A DNA stretch of 64,000 nt from Promethearchaeia archaeon (GTDB lineage Archaea > Asgardarchaeota > Lokiarchaeia > Sigyniarchaeales > SOKP01), in assembly GCA_029856145.1 (NCBI GenBank), contig JAHQWK010000004.1:128001-192000 (forward strand). The letters are read 5' to 3'. How positions within the stretch are numbered: the first letter of the stretch is position 1; every line of letters starts with the position of its first letter. The notes under the pieces were generated by a model, which worked only from the letters and a program-made list of their open reading frames with translations, was not told the DNA's origin and searched no databases. The translations under genes were made by a program, and so were the position numbers. Positions 19,548 through 28,214 of this stretch are shown piece after piece.

Positions 19548-22505
19548 TTAATTATTTTTTAATTCGTCTATCAATACCTTGATTTCAGAAATCAATATCT
19601 CCGCTTTTCGTAGATAATCCTCTCTTTCACTCGGATGCATCTTTTCTGTAAATTTTTTCCCTTTTTCATAATACTCGAGTGCGTTTTCAAATTTACCAAG
19701 TTCTTTAAAACATCTTCCCATTTTTAAGCATGTCTCGAATGCAAACCAACCAGTAGGTTCAAGATTCAAAGCTTCTTTTAATTTTTCAATAGCATCTTCG
19801 TACTCTCCTAAGGACATTAATATTTCACCATATGTATCATAAACGTTTCCATAATTTGGATTAAGACTTATCAGATATTCTGCAGTCTCAATAGCTTCCT
19901 TTCTTCTCCCTAAATACCCTAATATTATGGCTTTATTGTTAATAATATTAGTATCTTGTGGGTTTAATTCAAGGGCTTTATCAACAGCTTCTAAACCTTC
20001 ATCATACTGTTTTAGATGTACATAGATAAACGATTTTTGTAAGAGAAGACTTCTTTTCAAGGAGGGGTGGCTTTCTAACAAGTCATCAATCAAATTCAAA
20101 GCTTCAGATTCTCTCTTGGACATAATCAAATTGTATGTTTTCCTAGCATATAAAGAATTCAATCCGGGAACCAATTCAATAGCCTTATCAATAGATTCAA
20201 TAGCTTCATCATGTTTTCCAAGTCCATTAAAAACGTATGCTTGAAATAAAAGATATCTTGTTTTATCATATGTAAAAGGGTCAAAAGAGATTGTAAGTTT
20301 TATTAATTCAGTAAAAGTATCAATATTTGGTTCTTTTAATGTAAATCTATAAATCAAATTATAACCAAGTACAATGGCTTTTGTGATAAATGAAATTGGA
20401 TGATCAGGATAAAGAGTTAAAACTAGATTTGCAATTTCTAAAGCTTTTTCAAATTTCCCTCTTGCTAAATATGAGTATGCTAAAATAAAATAAGCTTCTG
20501 TATCAATTCCAGGATTCTTTTTAAGGGTATTTATATCGATTTCACTTGTTATCAGTTGCTTCGCCTCTTTATATTTATAAATCTCACAATAGTAGAGACT
20601 TCTCAAAAGTAGAATTTCTTTATCGTTTGGTTTCAAGGCGATTAATTGATTTATAACATCTAAGGGATCATTATAATCCTTTACCAATGTCATCCAATGA
20701 GTAATATAAATTATGAATTTTGTTTTTAATAGAAGAGTATTATCTGGATATTGAGATAATGACTCGTTAATAAGATGGAGTGCTTTTTCTCCTTGAAACA
20801 TTCTCAACAATATTTGAGCTTTATGACTAATTAAAACAACATTAGATGATTTCTTTAGTCCTTTTTCAACATTTTCTAAAGATCTCTCATAATTGTCCAT
20901 TAAAAAGTAAGTTAATGATTGCAATAAATATCCAATATACTCCTCTGGATATTTCTCAATAATTTCATTAGTTATATCAATTGAATCATCTAATTTATTA
21001 TTCGCTGTTGTTATAATATCTTTTATAATTAACTGATTAATGGTTTTTAACTTTGTGCTATTATTCTGATATAGTTCCCTCGCTTTAGAAGCTTTATTTC
21101 TGTATAATGTTTTTACAATTTTTTTAAATAGATCTATTTTATTCAGATAATAAGTCTCCTGAACTTCTTTTGAGTTCACAAAATACAATTTTGTTAGGTG
21201 CATAATACTTAGTACGCTAAAAATACTACCATCTAAGGTATAATGATACTCATCCTCATCTCCTGCTATTGGTTTTGAAGGTTCAAAAGTTTGGAATTCC
21301 TCAAAAATATTTTGCCAAACAAATCCTTCTAATTTTGCTTCGCTATCAACTAATTTTTTCTCAGTCTCAAATTTATATGCTAAATATTTAATATATTCAG
21401 GTAAAAATGATTTTAATGAGGGCTTCAGATGTTCATGGAATAATTTATCACAAATACCATCTAAAATTTCATCTAATAACAATCCTACATCTATCGTCAG
21501 GGCTTCATGAAATTTGTTTAGATATGTAAATTTAATGATATGTTTTTCCACAATCGCATTAAGAACTTTCTCAATTGTCTCATTCTTTTGAAAATAATAA
21601 ATCCCTCCTTGTTCATCTTCTACTTTAAAAAACTTAATATCAAAAAATTCATTATCTACAATCTCTCCTATATAATAATCTAACGTAGTTTTGTCAACTT
21701 TATACTTTAATGAGAATTCTTGAGGTGAAATGAATTCGGGATAATTATCTGGATGATTAATCGAAAGGAACAACAAAATTTTATTAAAGATTTCCTCGTT
21801 TTTTAACATTGGCTCTACTTTAGAATAAGAAAACTTTAAAATATGATCAAGATATCGAAATTTCAATTCATCATCTTCAATTTTATATTTCTTGAAAAAC
21901 ATTCTAGTTTTTTCTGTTATTTCTTCAATTCTCTTACTTTCTTGTTCTAATATAGATTGACGATCCAAATCGTAAGACTTTAATATTCTTAAATACTCAT
22001 TCTTTCCCAAGGGTGTTATTATATATTCCTTGTTTTCTCTTGCTACGAATCCATCATCTATTAATGAATTTAAATTGTTAGATAAGGAGGATTGATTAAT
22101 CGATAGTGGCTCTTGTTTAAAATCTGACCATTTGCATGAATAATTATTATAAAGCATCCACAAAATCCAATGATCATAATTCCTAATTTTAGTTATTGTT
22201 TTTGGTGGATACTTTAATCTCCTCTTTCCTAATTTCTTGTCATAGACTAATTCACTAAATCTATCTCTCCCTTGTGCTGTAATTAGATACTTGCCTTTTT
22301 CAGGTTTTTCAATATAATCCTTATTCATTAGTTTATTCAAATTACCTGATAATGTTGAAGGACTTATTTCTACCTCAAAATCCGACCACTCACAAATATC
22401 ATTATTACTGAGCATCCATAGTATTACATATTCAAAATCAGTTTTTCCCATTATTGGATTTAATATCTCTCCTGGAGGATATATGATTCCTTCTGATCTA
22501 CTCAT
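19548..22505 (-). CDS. Tandem winged-helix plus TPR regulator, paralog 2
   Basis: Collinear with 11993..14503 (RNYDHW.LWM.YNN..CKWSDF, YDLDRQSIL..ESKRIEEIT, P.GWF); longer TPR region. Confidence 0.85.
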   Translation of the reverse strand: MSRSEGIIYPPGEILNPIMGKTDFEYVILWMLSNNDICEWSDFEVEISPSTLSGNLNKLMNKDYIEKPEKGKYLITAQGRDRFSELVYDKKLGKRRLKYPPKTITKIRNYDHWILWMLYNNYSCKWSDFKQEPLSINQSSLSNNLNSLIDDGFVARENKEYIITPLGKNEYLRILKSYDLDRQSILEQESKRIEEITEKTRMFFKKYKIEDDELKFRYLDHILKFSYSKVEPMLKNEEIFNKILLFLSINHPDNYPEFISPQEFSLKYKVDKTTLDYYIGEIVDNEFFDIKFFKVEDEQGGIYYFQKNETIEKVLNAIVEKHIIKFTYLNKFHEALTIDVGLLLDEILDGICDKLFHEHLKPSLKSFLPEYIKYLAYKFETEKKLVDSEAKLEGFVWQNIFEEFQTFEPSKPIAGDEDEYHYTLDGSIFSVLSIMHLTKLYFVNSKEVQETYYLNKIDLFKKIVKTLYRNKASKARELYQNNSTKLKTINQLIIKDIITTANNKLDDSIDITNEIIEKYPEEYIGYLLQSLTYFLMDNYERSLENVEKGLKKSSNVVLISHKAQILLRMFQGEKALHLINESLSQYPDNTLLLKTKFIIYITHWMTLVKDYNDPLDVINQLIALKPNDKEILLLRSLYYCEIYKYKEAKQLITSEIDINTLKKNPGIDTEAYFILAYSYLARGKFEKALEIANLVLTLYPDHPISFITKAIVLGYNLIYRFTLKEPNIDTFTELIKLTISFDPFTYDKTRYLLFQAYVFNGLGKHDEAIESIDKAIELVPGLNSLYARKTYNLIMSKRESEALNLIDDLLESHPSLKRSLLLQKSFIYVHLKQYDEGLEAVDKALELNPQDTNIINNKAIILGYLGRRKEAIETAEYLISLNPNYGNVYDTYGEILMSLGEYEDAIEKLKEALNLEPTGWFAFETCLKMGRCFKELGKFENALEYYEKGKKFTEKMHPSEREDYLRKAEILISEIKVLIDELKNN

Positions 22506-22573
22506 AATAAAACTCAGTCTTATAAGATCTTATTTTGTTACATATATATTAGTTCATCTGCTTTTTAAGCTTT

Positions 22574-22629
22574 TCACTTCAGACTAAAGTGTGAACTTCA
22601 TGTGAAGTTCGAAGTGCGAATCTATATAT
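22574..22629 (+). promoter_or_regulatory. Operator box plus TATA, site C
   Basis: Perfect GAACTTCA-TG-TGAAGTTC (22593-22610), 11 nt, CTATATAT (22622-22629). Confidence 0.85.
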
Positions 22630-22684
22630 TGGAGTTCAAGTTAAATAATCATAAGAAAAAAATGAAAAAAAAGTGATAAAAAAG

Positions 22685-22768
22685 ATGGTTCAAGTATTAG
22701 AAAAGAAGTCGAGGTTGATAATTATAACGAATGATACGGACAGATATCATTCGAGATATATAACTTAG
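22685..22768 (+). CDS. Micro-peptide 2, 27 aa: MVQVLEKKSRLIIITNDTDRYHSRYIT
   Basis: AGTGA RBS, first RBS-preceded ORF after promoter C, T-tract after the stop, homologous to peptide 1. Confidence 0.75.
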   Translation: MVQVLEKKSRLIIITNDTDRYHSRYIT

Positions 22769-22814
22769 TAAAACTTTTTTTTTCCTATTTATATCAAAAT
22801 GGAGAGTGAAAAAT

Positions 22815-22955
22815 ATGGTTAAAATAATGATAAATTGTAGAAAATGTGGTAAAGAGATAAAACTTGACCTGAACGACTCGACGGCGCTTTGCCGAAAGTG
22901 TCGGAAGAATCATGCTGTAATTGAGGTAACAACAACGAGGAATTTTGATTTTTAA
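22815..22955 (+). CDS. Micro zinc-finger protein, 46 aa
   Basis: MVKIMINCRKCGKEIKLDLNDSTALCRKCRKNHAVIEVTTTRNFDF; GGAGAGTGA RBS. Confidence 0.8.
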   Translation: MVKIMINCRKCGKEIKLDLNDSTALCRKCRKNHAVIEVTTTRNFDF

Positions 22956-23017
22956 TGAAAATAATAGAGAATAATAAAAAATTAAATAGAAAATGAAAAA
23001 ATAAAAGAGGGACAAAT

Positions 23018-23116
23018 ATGCCAAAAAAAATAAGGATACCCTGTATGAAATGTGGTAAAGAGATAAAGTTAAATTTTACCGAATCACGGGCAATTTGTAA
23101 GGATTGTGGAAGGTAA
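23018..23116 (+). CDS. Micro zinc-finger protein, 32 aa, paralog of 22815..22955
   Basis: MPKKIRIPCMKCGKEIKLNFTESRAICKDCGR; GAGGGA RBS. Confidence 0.8.
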   Translation: MPKKIRIPCMKCGKEIKLNFTESRAICKDCGR

Positions 23117-23196
23117 ATTTCGAGAGATTTTTTAAATCTTTCAAATTTTTTAATTGTTTAATTATTTAATTTTTTAATTTTTTTTACGGTTCTTTT

Positions 23197-23245
23197 CTTT
23201 TCCATTCCAAATTAAGGGGCGAGAGTTTATCTCACCCTTTAATTT
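23197..23245. other. Conserved pyrimidine motif plus GC hairpin, copy 2
   Basis: CTTTTCCATTCC, then AAATTAAGGGGCGAG-agtttat-CTCACCCTTTAATTT. Confidence 0.6.
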
Positions 23246-23422
23246 TATTGAAAAAATTGTTCTGAAATTCAGTTAATCCTTTTGATATTTAAAAAAGGAC
23301 ATTTTCTCTTTTGATTTAACAATTAATCTTAAAACATCGCAAATTCGTTACATAACTTTATATTGAGAAAAAAGAAAATATTTAGTGATTAAAGAGAAAA
23401 CCAGATCATATACATATTTTTT

Positions 23423-23956
23423 ATGATGAAATTTAAGAATTTGAGGCTGAGAATGGCATTATTTTTAGGATTATTAATGTTACTCATTCCTCAAGTGAGA
23501 GCCAATCCAGTTGTTGTCCCTATGTTTCAAATCCACCCATTTATTATGGGTATATACTTAAATTTTCTATTTGTTGCTACTCTTGCCATAGAAATCTTAA
23601 TCATTAAGACTTTTTTAAAAAACAATAAAATATTTGAACGTTCAAAAGAATTCTACAATTCAATTTTTCTTGTTAATCTAATTTCTTATCCTATGACGCA
23701 ACTTTTTGCATTTCTTATATATCAATCTTCTTTAGGTGATTATGATGTTGCCTCCGTGTTATTTAATTCTATTTTAATTGAAGTATTTCCTATTATGTTA
23801 GAATGTGTATTATTTTTGAAAATCTTTAAAAAACTAAATAGAACTGCTTGTTTTGTACGTTCAGTTAATAATAAGATGATAGTAAAATCCACAATTACCG
23901 CAAATTTAGCATCTTTCGCGTTTGGGTTTCTTACATTTTTCTTATTTTTAATTTGA
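23423..23956 (+). CDS. Membrane protein with cleavable signal peptide
   Basis: Signal ending VRA|NP; four further hydrophobic helices. Confidence 0.7.
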   Translation: MMKFKNLRLRMALFLGLLMLLIPQVRANPVVVPMFQIHPFIMGIYLNFLFVATLAIEILIIKTFLKNNKIFERSKEFYNSIFLVNLISYPMTQLFAFLIYQSSLGDYDVASVLFNSILIEVFPIMLECVLFLKIFKKLNRTACFVRSVNNKMIVKSTITANLASFAFGFLTFFLFLI

Positions 23957-23975
23957 TTAAAATTGAGAGGTTATA

Positions 23976-25757
23976 ATGAGATATAATAATGATCATAAAT
24001 TTTTGAATTCTGCAATATGCATTGCTGTTATTCTAAATATCATTGTTTTTGGGATTTTTAGTTCTGATTTATTTATATATAGATACTCTCGTCCTTATGA
24101 TTGGAGGGTGGAAGTTCTTAAAGTACCAACAACGTCCAATCCTGTTACCATGGATCCTTGCGATTCATGGGATAGTGTATCAAATGATATACTTGATCAG
24201 GTAATAGAAACCCTAATTGCATATAATTTATCTGACCCAGAATTTCCACTTGTAGGAAGACTTGCCTCAGCTTGGGATTTCCAAAGCTCAAAATTTGGGC
24301 ATAATATAACTTTCACACTAAGACCAAATGTATATTTCCATGATGATTCATTACTTACTGGAGACGATGTTTTACATTCTTTCGCAAGAATTAATTACTT
24401 CGGTAATGCAACTGGTACCTTAACAGAGCCTGATCATATGGCTTTTCCACACTCTCTCTATAAATTTCCTGGTAAGCCTCCAGGTTTAACACCAATCTTC
24501 AATCATACCTTAAGCTTTGTTAATCCAACTGATAACTTAGAAGTTACTATTGTAATGAATGGTCCATTTGCTCCTGCTGAAGGATTATTAGCCTATGTAG
24601 CAAGTGGAATTGTACCTCTTAATTGTCCTGCAGAGGATATGTGGGAACTCGGTACGGATCTAGCCATTGGAACTGGTCCATTCAAATTAGTTAGTTATGT
24701 ACCAAATTCAGAGACTAGATTTGAGCGTTGGGATAGATATTGGGATGCTCCCGCTTATTGGGATGAAATTGTCTATGTCTATTATAGAGATGCTGTCACC
24801 GCTAATAATGCTATGTTGGCTGGAGATATTGACTACTTAGGCCAGGGTATTGCTGCACTAAAAGAATACTTTAATGCGAGTCCTTATATCACGGTAACTG
24901 GAGATGGAGTTGCTGATTTTATCAATGGTTCTATCTATTGGTATATTGCTTTTAACTCCCCTTATATAAATGTTACGTGGAGAAAAGCTATTTCATCTGC
25001 CTTTAACTATACATATCTTAACGAAGAAATAGATGAAGGCACTACTGTGAAAGCTAATTCCTTAGTTCCTCCCGGTTTTCCTGCTCATAATGCTTCATGT
25101 AAAGGTGGTGTTTTTAATATACCTTATGCTAGACTAAAAATGCAGAGCATGGGGCATGGTGTAGGATGGGACATTGGCAGTCAGGTTGGAGATATATTTA
25201 CTCCTGGTCTTGATGAAGCTCTATGGAAAGCAGCCGCATGGGTTCCAGATGTAGGTAACTTTACTGCAAATCAGTTTAATTTCCGGTTTAGACAAGGAAG
25301 TCATTGGATGGAACTCCTAATTGCTCAATTTCGAGATGATATGGACAGGATTGGAATTGAAATTAACGTGCAAATATTGACTTGGTGTGAATTCATAGAA
25401 ATGGGTGAAGGCTATCCTGACAGACTCCATATCTATCAAGTAGGTTGGGGTCCTGCTTACTTTGAAACCTTCACCATGATTGATCCATTAGTAAATCCCG
25501 CATCTTCATCAAACTTTGCTCGAATTGATAATCCTGAAATAAACACTTACTTAGCCCTTGCTGCTTCTGAAACCGATACTGCTACGAGATATGGATACTA
25601 TATGAAACTTCAGTATTTAATTATGGATAAATACTCTTACCATATGGGCATACAATTTGATAAGCTTTATCATGTTCATGCTGCTAATTTGAAAGGCGTC
25701 CCATATAATACTATGAGGAACTTATACTGGTATCCAACTTATCGCGAAACCGCATAA
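23976..25757 (+). CDS. ABC transporter family-5 (OppA/DppA-like) substrate-binding protein
   Basis: TMDP, LASAW, FTLRPNVYFHDD, IGTGPF, RKAISSAFN. Confidence 0.9.
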   Translation: MRYNNDHKFLNSAICIAVILNIIVFGIFSSDLFIYRYSRPYDWRVEVLKVPTTSNPVTMDPCDSWDSVSNDILDQVIETLIAYNLSDPEFPLVGRLASAWDFQSSKFGHNITFTLRPNVYFHDDSLLTGDDVLHSFARINYFGNATGTLTEPDHMAFPHSLYKFPGKPPGLTPIFNHTLSFVNPTDNLEVTIVMNGPFAPAEGLLAYVASGIVPLNCPAEDMWELGTDLAIGTGPFKLVSYVPNSETRFERWDRYWDAPAYWDEIVYVYYRDAVTANNAMLAGDIDYLGQGIAALKEYFNASPYITVTGDGVADFINGSIYWYIAFNSPYINVTWRKAISSAFNYTYLNEEIDEGTTVKANSLVPPGFPAHNASCKGGVFNIPYARLKMQSMGHGVGWDIGSQVGDIFTPGLDEALWKAAAWVPDVGNFTANQFNFRFRQGSHWMELLIAQFRDDMDRIGIEINVQILTWCEFIEMGEGYPDRLHIYQVGWGPAYFETFTMIDPLVNPASSSNFARIDNPEINTYLALAASETDTATRYGYYMKLQYLIMDKYSYHMGIQFDKLYHVHAANLKGVPYNTMRNLYWYPTYRETA

Positions 25758-25808
25758 ATGAAATATAAAGAAATATAAAAAATTAAAAAAAGAATAAAGG
25801 AAGGAAAA

Positions 25809-27623
25809 ATGAAATCTGAAATGAAAGAGTTAGCGATATTTATTTTAATAATTTTAATTATTTTTTCTGGTTTCGGAAACGTTATCATGTTACTGATGTA
25901 TAGTCCTCCGCATTCTCATCCTACTTTCGAAGTACTTAAAGTAGCAAGAACTTCAAATCCAGTTACTATGGATCCATGTGATTCTTGGGATAGTGTGTCA
26001 AATGATATGCTTGATCAGGTAATGGAAACCCTCATTGCTTATAATTTATCTGACCCAGAATTTCCGCTTGTAGGAAGACTTGCCTCAGCTTGGGACTTCC
26101 AAAGCACGCCTTTAGGCACGAATATCACATTCCAATTACGACCAAATGTATATTTCCATGATGATACATTACTTACTGGAGAATGTGTTATCCATACCTT
26201 TACAAGAATAAATTTTTTTGGCAATTGGACAGGGACATTAACTGCTCCTCATCATATGGCAGCTCCACACTCTCTTTATAAATTTGCTAATGGAACACCA
26301 ATCTTTAATGAAACGCTCAGTTTTGTTAATCTAACTAACCCATTAGAAGTTACTCTTGTATTAAATGGTCCATTTGCTCCTGCTGAAGGATTACTAGCCT
26401 ATACAGCAAGTTCAATCGTACATCCTTATTCTACTCCTGTAAATGAGATGTTAGAACTCGGCGAGGATCGAGCCATAGGGACTGGTCCATTCAGATTAGT
26501 TTATTATGTACCAAATTCAGCGATTTGGTTTGATCGTTGGAAGAGATATTGGGATGGTCCCGCATATTGGGATGAAATCGTCTATGTCTACTATAGAGAT
26601 GCTGTCACCGCTAATAATGCTATGCTGCGTGGAGATATTGACTACTTAGGTCAGGGTATTGCTGCACTAAAAGAATACTTTAATGCGAGTCCTTATATCA
26701 CGGTAACTGGAGATGGAGTTCATGATTACATCAACGGGGCTACTTATAACTGTATTGTATTTAAATCAGAATGGATCAATCGTACATGGAGAAAGGCGAT
26801 TTGTCATGCTTATAACTATTCCTATCTTATCCATAATATCATGGAAGACACAGTTGTGAGAGCTAATTCTTTAGTCCCTCCAGGTATCCCGGGTCATAAC
26901 AGTTCAGTTGTAGGTGGTACGTTCAATATTACAAAAGCAAGACAGATTATGCAGAGCATGGGTTATGGTTATACGGATAATGTTCCTTGGGACGTAGGAT
27001 CTCAGGTTGGAGATGTGTTCACCCCTGGTGCTAATGAAACTCTATGGAAAGCAGCAGAATTTATACCAAACGTAGGAAACTTCTCTGGTAATGTATGGAA
27101 TTTCTATGTAAAACCAGGAAGCCTTTTATTGGAATTTCTAACTCAACGCTTTATAGAGGATATGGATTTAATTGGAATTAAGGTAGAATATTATTGGTAC
27201 TGGTGGGCTGAATGGCCGATACCACTATGGTGGTGGAAAGGAATCCATTTATGTTGGTTGAGTAAATATCCTAATTATTATGAAGCTTTTAATATGATTG
27301 ATTCATTAGTCAACCCAGATTCTACCCTTTATTCCGAAACTTTAAATATACTTGATTCAATAGTCGACCCAGCATCTACCCTCAATATCCTTAAAATTAA
27401 CAATACAGAAATAAATACTCTTTTAGCTACTACTGTAGCTGAAACTAGTACTGCTACAAGATATGAATACTATAAGAAACTTCAATATTTAATTCATGAT
27501 AAGTACTACTACCATATGCCTCTGTTTTATGACAAGCTCTACTATGTTCATGCTGCCACCTTGAAAGGATTTCCATATAATTGTATGAGGAATTTATACT
27601 GGTATCCAACTTATCGTGATTAA
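25809..27623 (+). CDS. Family-5 substrate-binding protein, tandem paralog
   Basis: Same motifs; long near-identical DNA blocks shared with the upstream gene. Confidence 0.9.
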   Translation: MKSEMKELAIFILIILIIFSGFGNVIMLLMYSPPHSHPTFEVLKVARTSNPVTMDPCDSWDSVSNDMLDQVMETLIAYNLSDPEFPLVGRLASAWDFQSTPLGTNITFQLRPNVYFHDDTLLTGECVIHTFTRINFFGNWTGTLTAPHHMAAPHSLYKFANGTPIFNETLSFVNLTNPLEVTLVLNGPFAPAEGLLAYTASSIVHPYSTPVNEMLELGEDRAIGTGPFRLVYYVPNSAIWFDRWKRYWDGPAYWDEIVYVYYRDAVTANNAMLRGDIDYLGQGIAALKEYFNASPYITVTGDGVHDYINGATYNCIVFKSEWINRTWRKAICHAYNYSYLIHNIMEDTVVRANSLVPPGIPGHNSSVVGGTFNITKARQIMQSMGYGYTDNVPWDVGSQVGDVFTPGANETLWKAAEFIPNVGNFSGNVWNFYVKPGSLLLEFLTQRFIEDMDLIGIKVEYYWYWWAEWPIPLWWWKGIHLCWLSKYPNYYEAFNMIDSLVNPDSTLYSETLNILDSIVDPASTLNILKINNTEINTLLATTVAETSTATRYEYYKKLQYLIHDKYYYHMPLFYDKLYYVHAATLKGFPYNCMRNLYWYPTYRD

Positions 27624-27711
27624 AACTCAATAAAGTCCATTTTCTAATATATTATTGTTTATCATTTAATCATAGATAAAAATCTGAGAAGTAAAAAAAA
27701 GAAAAAAAAGT

Positions 27712-28080
27712 TTATTTTGCATTTTCATCTTCTTCCATAATTCCTAGTTGATTTCCTTCAGTATCTTTGAAGACTGCATAATATCCAACACTGGGAATTG
27801 GGTTCTTTGGTTTTAAAATTTCTCCACCATTTTCTTTTATTTTTTTAAGTGTTTTTTCTACGGATTCCACACCAACATAATTAAAGATACCATCACCTTT
27901 ATTCTCTCGTTTTTGCAGACCGCCATTTATTCCTTCCTCATCTTCTTCACCAGCAGAGATATTCCAGTATTCAAGAGGGCCTCCCCATCTTTCGATTTTC
28001 CAATTAAATACTTTTTCATAAAATTCTTTAGCCCGTTGAATATCATCTGCATTAATTTCAAAATGGTTAATTTTTGGCAT
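27712..28080 (-). CDS. VOC/glyoxalase-family protein
   Basis: HFEI...RAKEFY..VFNW, INGGL, DTEGN. Confidence 0.9.
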   Translation of the reverse strand: MPKINHFEINADDIQRAKEFYEKVFNWKIERWGGPLEYWNISAGEEDEEGINGGLQKRENKGDGIFNYVGVESVEKTLKKIKENGGEILKPKNPIPSVGYYAVFKDTEGNQLGIMEEDENAK

Positions 28081-28214
28081 AAATTCACCTCACATATGAT
28101 TCTTAGTTTAAATCATTCGCAAAAAATATAAATTTTTAGCTTGAGATTCAAAGTGATCTAAATATATTTAATAGAAAAGAGTCTCAATTTTTTTTTAGAT
28201 TTAGAAAAAGAGGA

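Noticed and set aside
22794-23024. 76-aa minus-strand ORF from the track
   Set aside because: Overlaps two plus-strand zinc-finger ORFs that have RBSs and mutual homology
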